Assembly (NCBI GenBank): GCA_048013815.1
Contig: CM106585.1
Location: 2,604,001-2,668,000, forward strand
Direction: 5' to 3'
DNA length: 64,000 nt
Source: Setoptus koraiensis
Taxonomy: Eukaryota > Animalia > Arthropoda
Shown in pieces: positions 18,901 through 27,475 of the stretch; positions within the stretch are counted from its first letter, which is position 1; every line of letters starts with the position of its first letter. The notes below the pieces were generated by a model, which saw nothing but the letters and a program-made list of their open reading frames with translations, was not told the DNA's origin and did no database searches. Position numbers and translations under genes: made by a program.

Positions 18901-21900
18901 CAATCATCAAATTGTTCAAAGTTTCCTCCATTGCAGCGGATAATCCGCTGCCGGCCGCTTGCTTCTTGCTCTTCTTCTTGGCCTGCTTGTTCTTCTTCTT
19001 CTTGCCTTGCTGTTTCGACGACGACGACGACGACGATTTTTTGCCACTCTTCTTTTTGCCATTGCCACCGGCTGTGGCCTTCTTGGGCACACTCGCGGGC
19101 GCCATAGTTGTCGTTTCAGCGGAACCGGAAACAGTCGCTCGAGTGTCGCCACTCTGATCGCCTAGGTCGGATTCCGTCGACATGGTCGTTCCGTCGTCCT
19201 CCTCGTCGTCTTCGTCGGAGCTGTCTCCATCGACAGTTGTTGTCGTGGGCAGCGGTGTCGTCTTCTTGCTTCGACTGTTCGTTCTCGGCTTCCTCGTATC
19301 CAACTGGGCGCCCCTTGTTTGGTCCTGCGATGCAGTGTCGCCCTCCAGCGAGTCGGCCGCAATGCCCGGCGACGTTGACTCGATCAATTCAGAGGCTGTG
19401 GCCAATCTTGCCGAGCCCACAAGTGATCTGTCAGCGCCAATTATTTCGCCAGCCATGGGCATCTTCTCTTGTTGGTCGGCGAAATTGAAGCCATTCTGCT
19501 GCTGCGTACTAAACACTTGTTGTTGTTGCTGCTGTTGTTGCTGTTGTTGCAGTTGTGTCAAACCACTGAATTCATCCTGCGAACCGCCGGCCCCAAACAG
19601 CGGCGAGGGTGCCTTGCCGGCGCCCAAAACTGTGCTGTCGTCTCGGCCGAATCCGATCAGCGGATCGGACGACGGCTGAGAGAACGAACTGTCCTGAGAT
19701 TGGCCGCCAGTAAAAAGTGGCTGCTGCTCTTGTTGCGAACTAAATATCTGCTGCTGTCCGGTGCTGCCAAGTGGCTGATTGGTCAGTTGGCTGGCGAATA
19801 CCGACGGATCACTCTGCACCAATTGGCCAGACTGGAATATTTGCGCCGTAGAAATGGGTCCAGCGGCAGGGTTTTGCAGTGAGTCGAACTCCTTCTTTTG
19901 TTCTAGTTGCTCAGCAGAGAAACTGCCGAACTGGCCGCTGGGGCCAGCAATGGCGCCTCCAGCGCTGGCCAACGACGACGACGACGAATCTATTGATGAC
20001 GATTCCACAGAGCTGGGCACGAATCCCGTTGACGACGATTCTTGGACAAACGACGACGATTGCGCCTGCTGTTTTTGCTGCACAATGGGGGCCTCATTTC
20101 TGATCAGTTCCTCCTGGAAGACGCTCGATACCTGTGGCGCTGGCTGAATCACTATGGGGAAAGGCTCGAATTTCTTTTTCACAATCACCTCCTCGAATTG
20201 CCCGAGAGGCGAGACGCCACTTGCCGCTTGCTGACCAGCGGACGACGATGATGTGGACGATGACGACGAAAGCTGACCGTTGAGTCCGCTGAAGAATCTA
20301 GAAGAGGAGCTCTTTCCGGTGAAGCCGCCCTTGACTCCTGCGCGGGCGCTGCTCAGACTGCTACCCAAACCGCCGCCCAGACCCGTGCCGCCGAAGCTGG
20401 TGATGCCCGCCTGCACGAAGCCTCCGTTGCCTGTTGCGCCCGCTATCGGCGAGCCGAAGCCCGAGCCGAAGCCCGAGTTGAATCCCGAGCCGAAGCCTGG
20501 TCCGCCCGATCCGAAGCCTGATCCGCCTGATCCAGTGACGCCGCCGCTCGCACCGTCGCTGGCGCCCCCGAAGACGGGACTTGGGGCCGTTGTGGCGCTG
20601 AGGCCACCACCGAAGACACTGCTGCCCGGCAGGGTGCTCGACTTGGTTCGTTGTTCGTAGGTTGTCTCAATGCCCGTCGGAGTGGTGACCTTGTTCTCCA
20701 CTAGTTCTTGGAAAACTTGCGTAACCGGCGGTATAACGGGCTGCTGTTGGAATTTCTTTTCCTCTTTTATTTCAAAGAATTGAATCGTTTGGGTGGGCCG
20801 CGGCGTTGTTGTTGTAGTTGTGGTGGTGGTTGTGGTGGTGGTTGTTGTGGTCGGGTACGAGTAGTAGTTGCTGTTGTAGTAGACGGGCGATTCTGGTTTC
20901 GGCGACTCATAGTGATTTGGCGGATACGTGTTGTCGGAATTGTAGTTGTAGACATAGTTGTCATGGTGATTATTGTTACCGAAGGCCGGCGTTGTGCTAG
21001 AATGCGACTCGACAAACTCTAGCTTGACAGGAACATATTTGGTTGTTCCGTCGAAATCGGCCAATTTCGAGTGGCCAGTTTCGTGTGGCAAATATTCAAT
21101 AGTTGGCGTTGTTCTAATCTGGTGATACTGGTTGTTGTTGTTCGTCTGGCGATCACGATAATTGTTGCCCGGCTGCTGCTGTTCGTATCGGCCATGAAAA
21201 TGCTGGTTGTAATTTTGCATAGAGGCCGCAGGTTCGGGATACTGGGCCACATTCCTTTGGGGGGCCCCGCTGGGCGTGTGCTGGTCGCCGTTGGCCTTTG
21301 TTTGGGGCACCAGACCGAGCGCCTCGAGCAGGGCCAGGTCGTCCGGTTGTCCGATCTCGACCGAGCCGTCGTCTGTGCTTGAGGCCACCGACAGATGCTT
21401 GGTGAGATCCTCGATCAATTGAATGAATTCCTGATTGTTGCCATTGTGATGCTGTTCGCCCCCTTGCTGGCCGATCATCTTCAGCAATTGAGCGGCATAA
21501 TCGGGATTATTCAGTAGCTTGGAGCTCAAGCCCATGTCCTGGTCCGGCATTGGGCTGGTGCGGCTGTCGTACGGCAGCGAATTGGTGGCGCTCGAGAGCA
21601 TTAAATCGGGCCGTTGCTGCCGGGCCCCATTGTCGAAGCGGGTCTTGTTGGCATGCTTGCCTAACACTGTGTCACTCGCGGAAGAGTGATTAGTTGACGG
21701 CTTCACGGGGCCGCTCGGTTGCTGCTGCTCGAGAATGTTCAATTCCTGAGTCAATTGATCCAGTTGCTCCTTGCTCAGTTGATCCAATTGCATCAGAAGT
21801 GCCTGCTGTTCGGCCAGTGTCGGTCCACTTGCCACTTGGTCCATTTTGGAGCTTGTTGGCTTGTCCACGGAGCCCCTGGTGAGTGTATCTACCAAATTTT

Positions 21901-24900
21901 GCAGGGCCTTCGAGCCGCCGCCTAGCGTCTTTTGCAGCACATTCTTGACCGCATTGCTGGCCGCACTCGCGGTTGTTTGTTGCTGTTGGCTGTACGGTCT
22001 CGCCGTCGACACTCTGTTGTTCGTCAACTGCAAATTGTCTTTTTGTTGTTGCTTTTGGTGCTGCTGCTGTTGCTGCGGTTGTTGATGTGGTTGTTGCGGC
22101 TGTTGGTGTGGTTGTTGCGGCACCCTCACCACAGACACGGCCGGAGTGGTGGCCGATTGCTGTGGCCTCATCATGGCCGGCGAGCTGCTTCTGTAGTTGC
22201 TGTGGGCGCCTGTAGGTGGCGACCTGTGGTGCACATAGGTGCTGGGCATACCGAAATCGCTGAGCGTGGTTGGCGCGCTGTCAAAGCCACCGGAACCGGG
22301 TCGCGCATTTTGCAGGATTTGCTGGATGATCTGCTGCTCCCGCTGGTGTCTGTTGTTGTTGTTGTGCAACTGGTTGTTGGTTTGCTTCGCTTGCAACTGC
22401 TGCAAGTGCAGCCGAGAATTCGGGTCCAAATCGGAACTTTTGACGTAGATGGCGCCATTGTTCTTGGCCGCCTGAATGATGCTCGAGGCCGCATGCAATT
22501 CGGGCCCTCGCGGACGCTGCTGCTGGGGCCGCTGAAGCTGCTGCTGCTGACCGTTTGTATAACCGTTCATGTGATGCCGATTGGCCGATTTGGCGTTGTC
22601 CATCACAACGAATTGGGGCGCCTGTTGATGGTGGTGGCCCATGGCGGGCGCTTTCGACATGATGAGCTCCTGATCCGACATCATGTAAGCGTTTGCGTCG
22701 TGCTTGTTGGACTGCATCAATTTCAAGAATTCCTCCTGAGTGATAGGCGACATCTGTTGGCTTATGAGCGCCTTAGGCTGCTGGTAGCCCGGCTGATTGG
22801 GCCCCATGACCGCGGCCACGGCGGCATTATCCAGCGGATTCAGAGGATATCCGGCAGGCAGGTTGTTGTTGTTGTTGCTGTGCTCCTTCATTGGCTTGGG
22901 GTATGGCTGCATGTTGGGACGCTGGGGCTGCTGCTGTTGCTGCTGTTGTGCCATGTTGTTGTTGCGATAATGCTGCTGATTCTTGTTGTTGTTGTTGTTA
23001 TTATTGTTGTCGGCATTGTTGTTGGGCAAAACCCTCGGCGGCAACATCATTTTGGCCAACTGACCTAGCATCGGCGTGTTCATCAGCCACTGTCCAATGT
23101 GCGAGCTCTCCACGGCTTGCAAGTCGGAGTTGCTCGGCCCCCGGGCCGGATATTGTTGCCTCGGCAGCGCCCTCTTTACTCGGCGCTGTATTTGCTCGCT
23201 GGCGTGCTGGTCGCCGTCGTGATTGGCCATCAATTGATTGTAATCAAGTGTGCCACTGATGCTCTCAACATCTTGACGGTTCCACTTGGTGCGGCGATGG
23301 CCGAGCCATTCGCGCAATCGGTCCCCGGCCAACCGCATATAACGATCCACTTCGCCCTGAATCGCTTGACCGTACGAATGCAACGAATCGCGAATCATAT
23401 AGATGGCACTGCTGGGCAAAAAGGGAAATATGGACGGCGGTGCGGGCCTCTGCGAGTGATAGCTCGACGGGGTGTAGCTGGTCGCGTCGGAGGCGCCCGA
23501 CGTTGCCTGGTCTTTGTTGGTGTTTTTCTGAGTGGTTCGTCGTCGTATGAACTGATTCGTTGTCGAGCTCGCGGGTGCCTTCGGGTTGTTCTTGGGCACG
23601 CCAACTCTCTCTGGGTATTTCTGGGCTGCTGCTTTATTGTCACTTGCGCTCTCGCTGACGGCGCCCGAATGCGACGCGGAATTGGCCATGGCGGGCCCCA
23701 ACGATGTCGTGGAGCCCAGCAACGAGCTCACAAAACTGGGCAATCCAAACGGCTGCTTCTGTTTGTGGCCAATGGCTGGCCCATTTCTGTTGCTGTTTCG
23801 ATTATCCGTCTTGGCGCTGTTCGGGCGCTGTGGGTGCACCAGTGACGATGACGAGTCGTCGTCCTCTAGCGAGCGCCTCTGCAACTGCGATATGCTCGCC
23901 TCTCTCGGCTGACTGGGCGACACCGATTCGCGGCGAACGTCGCTGTTGCGCTTCAATTGGTCCAACAGGTAGTCGGCCTCATCCCTGGATCTGTCTGTGG
24001 CACTGTCTGATCGCGTAACGGACACTTTAGCCGGTGCTTGTTCGCCATTGGCATTGCTTGCCTTTGGTTGCGTCATCGGCATCGCAGCGGACATGTCGCC
24101 GCCGGCGGCTGAGGCAACCTTTGAGCTTGTGACAACGTTCGAGCCAGTTGCTCCGGCGCCAGAGGGCGCTGCTGTGGTGCTGTTGTATTGGGCGCAACCT
24201 TTCACTTGCCATTTCCAGTTACATTGCAGCTTCTCCTCGTCGAAGCCCAGCTCAAACGGACACCTGAATTGGTAGGCCTGAAAGAAGCCCTTGTTGTAGT
24301 CGGAACAATAGTAGAAATATTCACAATTGTCCTGATTCTGAAAGTAACCATAATTGGGACAAACGAATTTGCTGTTTGTGATTGAGTTGACCTCGCCACT
24401 TCCGGTGCACTGGGCCGACCAACTGGGCCAATTGCATATCTGATACTGCTCGTCGAACACCAGACCCGACGGGCACTCATACTGGAGCTTGGTGGTTGTA
24501 GTGATGGCAGTGACAGGCACTGGCTGGCCACTTGCCACTTGATGGGTAGCTGTTGCTGCACCGGAAGTGGTTGTAGGTGGCGCCGTTGTGGTTGTTGGTA
24601 GCGGGGCAGCTGCTGGCGCTGATTGCGACTGTACGGCAGCACCAGCAACGGGTGAATTGTTGGCCAGTGTTGGTGTGGGTGGCGTTTGGACGCAACGATA
24701 GAAGCGGCTGCAATCGCGCGGATATCGCTGATATCCGACCTTGTCGCAGGGCAACTGTTGATCGTTGAGATTGTTATTGGCGTTGTTGTCCAGTCTGTTT
24801 ATTGAGCCGTATTTCTCTATTATGTCCACGAAGGACATTAATTGATGTTGTTGCTGCTGCTGGCCGCCATTGGTGGCGCCGCCACCAGTCGTAGAGGTAA

Positions 24901-25903
24901 CTATTTCCGATGAGCTGGCCATAAGATCGCCCGATTGATCAGCTGACATGGGCGGCACAGGTGAGGTGGTGCGCGCAAATTGTTGTTTGTTTTGTTTGCC
25001 TAGCTGCTGATTGAGTTTCTTTCCAAACATTTGAGTGACAATGGAACTGGCCGATATAGAGGGCGCCCTCGTGAGGCTCTTGAATTGATTGTCCAAACTG
25101 GAGGCCTTGGCAAACACTCCGTTGATGGTGGACAGAAGCGGGTACGGGCCGAAGCCGCACGCGCCCTGCGGGTCGTCGTTGTTGGCTGTGTACAGGGCTA
25201 TTCCGGCCAAATGTCTCAACAGAACGTATTTTGCCTTTAGTTTGATGCTGGTCTCGTCGTCGAAACCGATCCAATGCTCGCTGTCGTAGGCAAATGGCGC
25301 GGTCAAGTCGCGGGCCCGGCTCAATGTCCAGCCACCGCTCTGATAGTTGCTGCTGTTGGATTGTTGTGCGCCCCCAGCCACGGTGTTATTTTGGTGTCGC
25401 TCCGGCGAGGCATTTTGCGCAACGAGGTCCCTGACGGCACAAACGCTGGCGTGCGATATGATACTGATGTTGGCCGCTGCCTCCAACTGATGATTGACGG
25501 CGACGCTTGCATTGGTCGACATGCCAAACTCACTGGCGGTGTCGTTGGCCAGCGGCTTCGAGGTGATCTGTACCCCGTGCGAGGGCACGCCCGCAACCAG
25601 TTGCTCCGGCGGCAATCCCGACGACAGCAACAGATCCACCAGAGTGTCCAGATTTTCCGTGTCCGAGATACCGTGCAGACGGGCCGGATGCCCGATAGAG
25701 TACTGGTCAACGTTCAGGTCAAAGTCGAAGGCCGGCAAAAAGACATAGTCGACCAGTTTGTTGATAATGTGAAAGTCGTAACCCTCAACTATGGAATAAA
25801 AGTCCTTGCTCGTGGTGAGCGCCACAACTGGCGCCTGTTCCCTCAGGTAGCTCGACGAGGGCGTCGACTGCGAGGCCGACATTCTAAAGCTGTCGCTGAG
25901 CGC
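15905..25903 (-). CDS. Chitinase-like (GH18 + 3x CBM14, mucin-like) protein, giant terminal exon (~10 kb)
   Basis: Open frame of 3325 aa or more. C-terminal half of GH18 (YDFHIINKLVDYVFLPAFDF, KLVAG-like QLVAGVPSHG, APFAYDSEHWIGFDDETSIKLKAKYVLLRHLAGIALY, PYPLL). Two central CBM14 domains (~24195-24750) and one C-terminal CBM14 (~15930-16095). Splice acceptor ...GTGCCAG at 25905-25904, in frame (ALSDSFR-M). The architecture resembles insect group VI chitinases. Confidence 0.9.
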   Translation of the reverse strand, partial: ALSDSFRMSASQSTPSSSYLREQAPVVALTTSKDFYSIVEGYDFHIINKLVDYVFLPAFDFDLNVDQYSIGHPARLHGISDTENLDTLVDLLLSSGLPPEQLVAGVPSHGVQITSKPLANDTASEFGMSTNASVAVNHQLEAAANISIISHASVCAVRDLVAQNASPERHQNNTVAGGAQQSNSSNYQSGGWTLSRARDLTAPFAYDSEHWIGFDDETSIKLKAKYVLLRHLAGIALYTANNDDPQGACGFGPYPLLSTINGVFAKASSLDNQFKSLTRAPSISASSIVTQMFGKKLNQQLGKQNKQQFARTTSPVPPMSADQSGDLMASSSEIVTSTTGGGATNGGQQQQQHQLMSFVDIIEKYGSINRLDNNANNNLNDQQLPCDKVGYQRYPRDCSRFYRCVQTPPTPTLANNSPVAGAAVQSQSAPAAAPLPTTTTAPPTTTSGAATATHQVASGQPVPVTAITTTTKLQYECPSGLVFDEQYQICNWPSWSAQCTGSGEVNSITNSKFVCPNYGYFQNQDNCEYFYYCSDYNKGFFQAYQFRCPFELGFDEEKLQCNWKWQVKGCAQYNSTTAAPSGAGATGSNVVTSSKVASAAGGDMSAAMPMTQPKASNANGEQAPAKVSVTRSDSATDRSRDEADYLLDQLKRNSDVRRESVSPSQPREASISQLQRRSLEDDDSSSSLVHPQRPNSAKTDNRNSNRNGPAIGHKQKQPFGLPSFVSSLLGSTTSLGPAMANSASHSGAVSESASDNKAAAQKYPERVGVPKNNPKAPASSTTNQFIRRRTTQKNTNKDQATSGASDATSYTPSSYHSQRPAPPSIFPFLPSSAIYMIRDSLHSYGQAIQGEVDRYMRLAGDRLREWLGHRRTKWNRQDVESISGTLDYNQLMANHDGDQHASEQIQRRVKRALPRQQYPARGPSNSDLQAVESSHIGQWLMNTPMLGQLAKMMLPPRVLPNNNADNNNNNNNNKNQQHYRNNNMAQQQQQQQPQRPNMQPYPKPMKEHSNNNNNLPAGYPLNPLDNAAVAAVMGPNQPGYQQPKALISQQMSPITQEEFLKLMQSNKHDANAYMMSDQELIMSKAPAMGHHHQQAPQFVVMDNAKSANRHHMNGYTNGQQQQLQRPQQQRPRGPELHAASSIIQAAKNNGAIYVKSSDLDPNSRLHLQQLQAKQTNNQLHNNNNRHQREQQIIQQILQNARPGSGGFDSAPTTLSDFGMPSTYVHHRSPPTGAHSNYRSSSPAMMRPQQSATTPAVSVVRVPQQPHQQPQQPHQQPQQQQQHQKQQQKDNLQLTNNRVSTARPYSQQQQTTASAASNAVKNVLQKTLGGGSKALQNLVDTLTRGSVDKPTSSKMDQVASGPTLAEQQALLMQLDQLSKEQLDQLTQELNILEQQQPSGPVKPSTNHSSASDTVLGKHANKTRFDNGARQQRPDLMLSSATNSLPYDSRTSPMPDQDMGLSSKLLNNPDYAAQLLKMIGQQGGEQHHNGNNQEFIQLIEDLTKHLSVASSTDDGSVEIGQPDDLALLEALGLVPQTKANGDQHTPSGAPQRNVAQYPEPAASMQNYNQHFHGRYEQQQPGNNYRDRQTNNNNQYHQIRTTPTIEYLPHETGHSKLADFDGTTKYVPVKLEFVESHSSTTPAFGNNNHHDNYVYNYNSDNTYPPNHYESPKPESPVYYNSNYYSYPTTTTTTTTTTTTTTTTPRPTQTIQFFEIKEEKKFQQQPVIPPVTQVFQELVENKVTTPTGIETTYEQRTKSSTLPGSSVFGGGLSATTAPSPVFGGASDGASGGVTGSGGSGFGSGGPGFGSGFNSGFGSGFGSPIAGATGNGGFVQAGITSFGGTGLGGGLGSSLSSARAGVKGGFTGKSSSSRFFSGLNGQLSSSSSTSSSSAGQQAASGVSPLGQFEEVIVKKKFEPFPIVIQPAPQVSSVFQEELIRNEAPIVQQKQQAQSSSFVQESSSTGFVPSSVESSSIDSSSSSLASAGGAIAGPSGQFGSFSAEQLEQKKEFDSLQNPAAGPISTAQIFQSGQLVQSDPSVFASQLTNQPLGSTGQQQIFSSQQEQQPLFTGGQSQDSSFSQPSSDPLIGFGRDDSTVLGAGKAPSPLFGAGGSQDEFSGLTQLQQQQQQQQQQQVFSTQQQNGFNFADQQEKMPMAGEIIGADRSLVGSARLATASELIESTSPGIAADSLEGDTASQDQTRGAQLDTRKPRTNSRSKKTTPLPTTTTVDGDSSDEDDEEDDGTTMSTESDLGDQSGDTRATVSGSAETTTMAPASVPKKATAGGNGKKKSGKKSSSSSSSKQQGKKKKNKQAKKKSKKQAAGSGLSAAMEETLNNLMIELNRSNRRANSKDATSTSTTTTSTTTTTTSTTNKPDNGDDNVEAESRLLLEDATSRHKLREKQRKHMLNSDSDQKSSSEALLNEHLVGWDSVSTQSRIPLRSQQTMGLSSTTTPSSVRIGSDSNRESNTFVRLEPFVGTNRQHHQNVEPQMMFSLTNQNEPIIRASPFSSNQPNIIVGQPIGAGASDGPGVESEHVAVYGTKSGFMPIISPDDPSYQVQVNRDQQQLLDPMSVSASIQSGKHEIYREQEVRQMSSQLETNRKRELKTKPNNKEQRLREQHYEPSQPRNNWNSFVKTLHSQITVVNLGNYTDLGPNGMTVSKLAKLIILPSSPDAKLLDRANWLQLTNYYPQLFLNPDITPMQLIAVNLGAPSVKIETKLTASAQSETSAILLAKDMSAPVTVQFKLDHAQQEKRCEQFRQQYPKLASLLERPTFVALDEIIQRTQGDFFLMKSSDSDTLIAVIPHMSDKDLVEAATITPIVPISRSPHELLTTTTTILPIISSTTTTTTMPTTSTTTNIKYLDTNYQQTNQTIGGTKDELLLVSPSAQKQHSVQQQQKQKKRFQETGSKRIKSSSAKHFDGDKDEQQQEIPAFTRAIQESIQQAIRQHYDEMKKQVQHSIEAMTTDNNQQQTTTTEADTLASSHYKKDHHSDMTFADNVASSTESIPIAVMAPSPANASQHHDKTLAAVKDDQSNSTYNYFAGDYGLNLKQQQQHQDILRHTTNSSTSTSGDNKLNFDETAGEQQDRQRFQTTNGINLQQDQMDLAAQFSNGGRVTYASSPILQVEGAGAKSLYGFVSDQQKNDNDNTTTSTAATQFHQSRPTPLPKSTGSKLGGSFISIGAHLTQLTNDDRPPKIVDPLYVNHFYDHIGVYPSTPSVSAGSSVSYYDIGSTSATSTTTVDNSSNNNQTNNQFADNTSDDPSQSSSSPSNSNLVPESACTRSGLFQHPFECNKFYECFWDQQLSKYTLHMFECPVKLAFDDRIVGCAMPIESSLCVNY

Positions 25904-26075
25904 CTGGCACGATTCAAAATTTAAATTTAAAATATTGTATTAGTTTGCAGTTATCGAGTGATTGCCAGTTGGATAATCACTGATTAGTAATCAGCCAATT
26001 GGTCGCAGTTGTGCAATTGCACGAGTTAATTAGTCGACTAATTAACTGACATTGGCGTTGCCTCTGACGACTTAC

Positions 26076-26470
26076 CGTGAGCACCAGCGTCAAGTGTTCG
26101 CGACTGACGTTGGTAGAGGCCAGATTTTGAGCGAAATATTGCCAATCGATGTTGATGCCATCTAGCGAGTGGCGCACAATGAAATCCCTGATTCTTTTTG
26201 CGAATTTCACATGAAGATCGTCTTGCTGCTGCTGCTGCGAAGTTGATTGCCACCGACCGTTGGCCGCATTATCCTGATGCAATGCCGATTCGTCATGATG
26301 AGCCAAAGCCGATGATGACGACGATGACAACGACGCGTTAACTGCATTCTGACTAGTCGGGGCCGCCGTCGGCGTCACATCGAACGAAAACGATTCGTCG
26401 GGCCTCAACGAAACGAGAATCTTCAGGTAGGGATTCTTTCGTTTGAGACTGCTCAACAATCTCAGGTCAC
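26076..26470 (-). CDS. Chitinase-like gene, internal exon carrying the degenerate catalytic motif
   Basis: LRLLSSLKRKNPYLKILVSL and FAKRIRDFIVRHSLDGINIDWQY. Acceptor TTTGCACACAG ends at 26471; donor ACG|GTAAGT at 26075. The phase-0 join to the next exon keeps the frame. Confidence 0.85.
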
Positions 26471-27410
26471 CTGTGTGCAAAGATGAGGATGAAAGGGATA
26501 TTCACGCGTGAATAGTTAGTGGCGGTTTAGTGTGGACAGTGTTCATGCGTATAATTAGATGCGTTAGTTGTTATTATTTATGAGCGCATGTCTGTCGCGC
26601 TGTCACGGCGTCTCCACGCCAACAACAGGTGCCGACAACACACACACACACGCAAAAAGAATGGGCTTAATTAGAGTGGCTCAGAGGCAATTGCGTCATC
26701 CATCAAGCTGCATGGGTCTGGGCTGTTGCTGCCGCTTTGGCTGCGGTTGTTGTTGTTGAAGAGTAATTTGCAATTTGAAATCAATTTGCCTCTCTCCAGT
26801 TGTCGTTGTTGCTGTTGTTTGCGCTGTTGCTGCAAACAATCGCACAGGCGGTGATGTAACACCTCGCCTCACACAAACAGCATGCACAACAAATATTTAT
26901 TCTTGTTGTTCGTGTTCTTTTCTTGACCGGTGCGCAATTCATCACCAAACCAACACACCGATGTTGCATGGTGTGCCTAATTGCATACAATCAAGGGCCG
27001 CTGACAGCAACCGCACAACTGGCCAACAACGACCGACAAACAATGATCAGCGGTCAGAGTTGACACATCAATTGCAGTGTGTGTCCGACAGTGTGTGAGA
27101 GTCCGACGACAACAAATCCGCTGGCAGCATCATTGAATAGTTATGAGCTCGACAGTTTCAAGTGGTCACGTCACGAGGACAATTGTCACTAAATCAAAGC
27201 TAATGTTCGCCAAGCCACGAATGGCAATTCGCATTGAATCAATGCCCTCAGTGCAAGGTCGCAGTTGCAGACGTAATTTATTGAATTGCCATGAATGTCG
27301 CTTGCCCGCTAACTTGCGTGTTGCGTCATCACCCCTAATCACACTATTCACCTGTCTACAGTGTGTGTATGTGTAACAGTGTGACATTACATTGTCGTGC
27401 ATCTATGTAT

Positions 27411-27431
27411 ACATCTATATATATATATATG

Positions 27432-27471
<40 letters not shown>
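27411..27471. repeat. (TA)n microsatellite
   Basis: Long interrupted TA run inside the chitinase-like intron region. Confidence 0.9.

Positions 27472-27475
<4 letters not shown>

Noticed and set aside
16102-25924. Numerous antisense or alternative-frame ORFs within the giant exon
   Set aside because: Shadow ORFs of a GC-rich, codon-biased low-complexity CDS.
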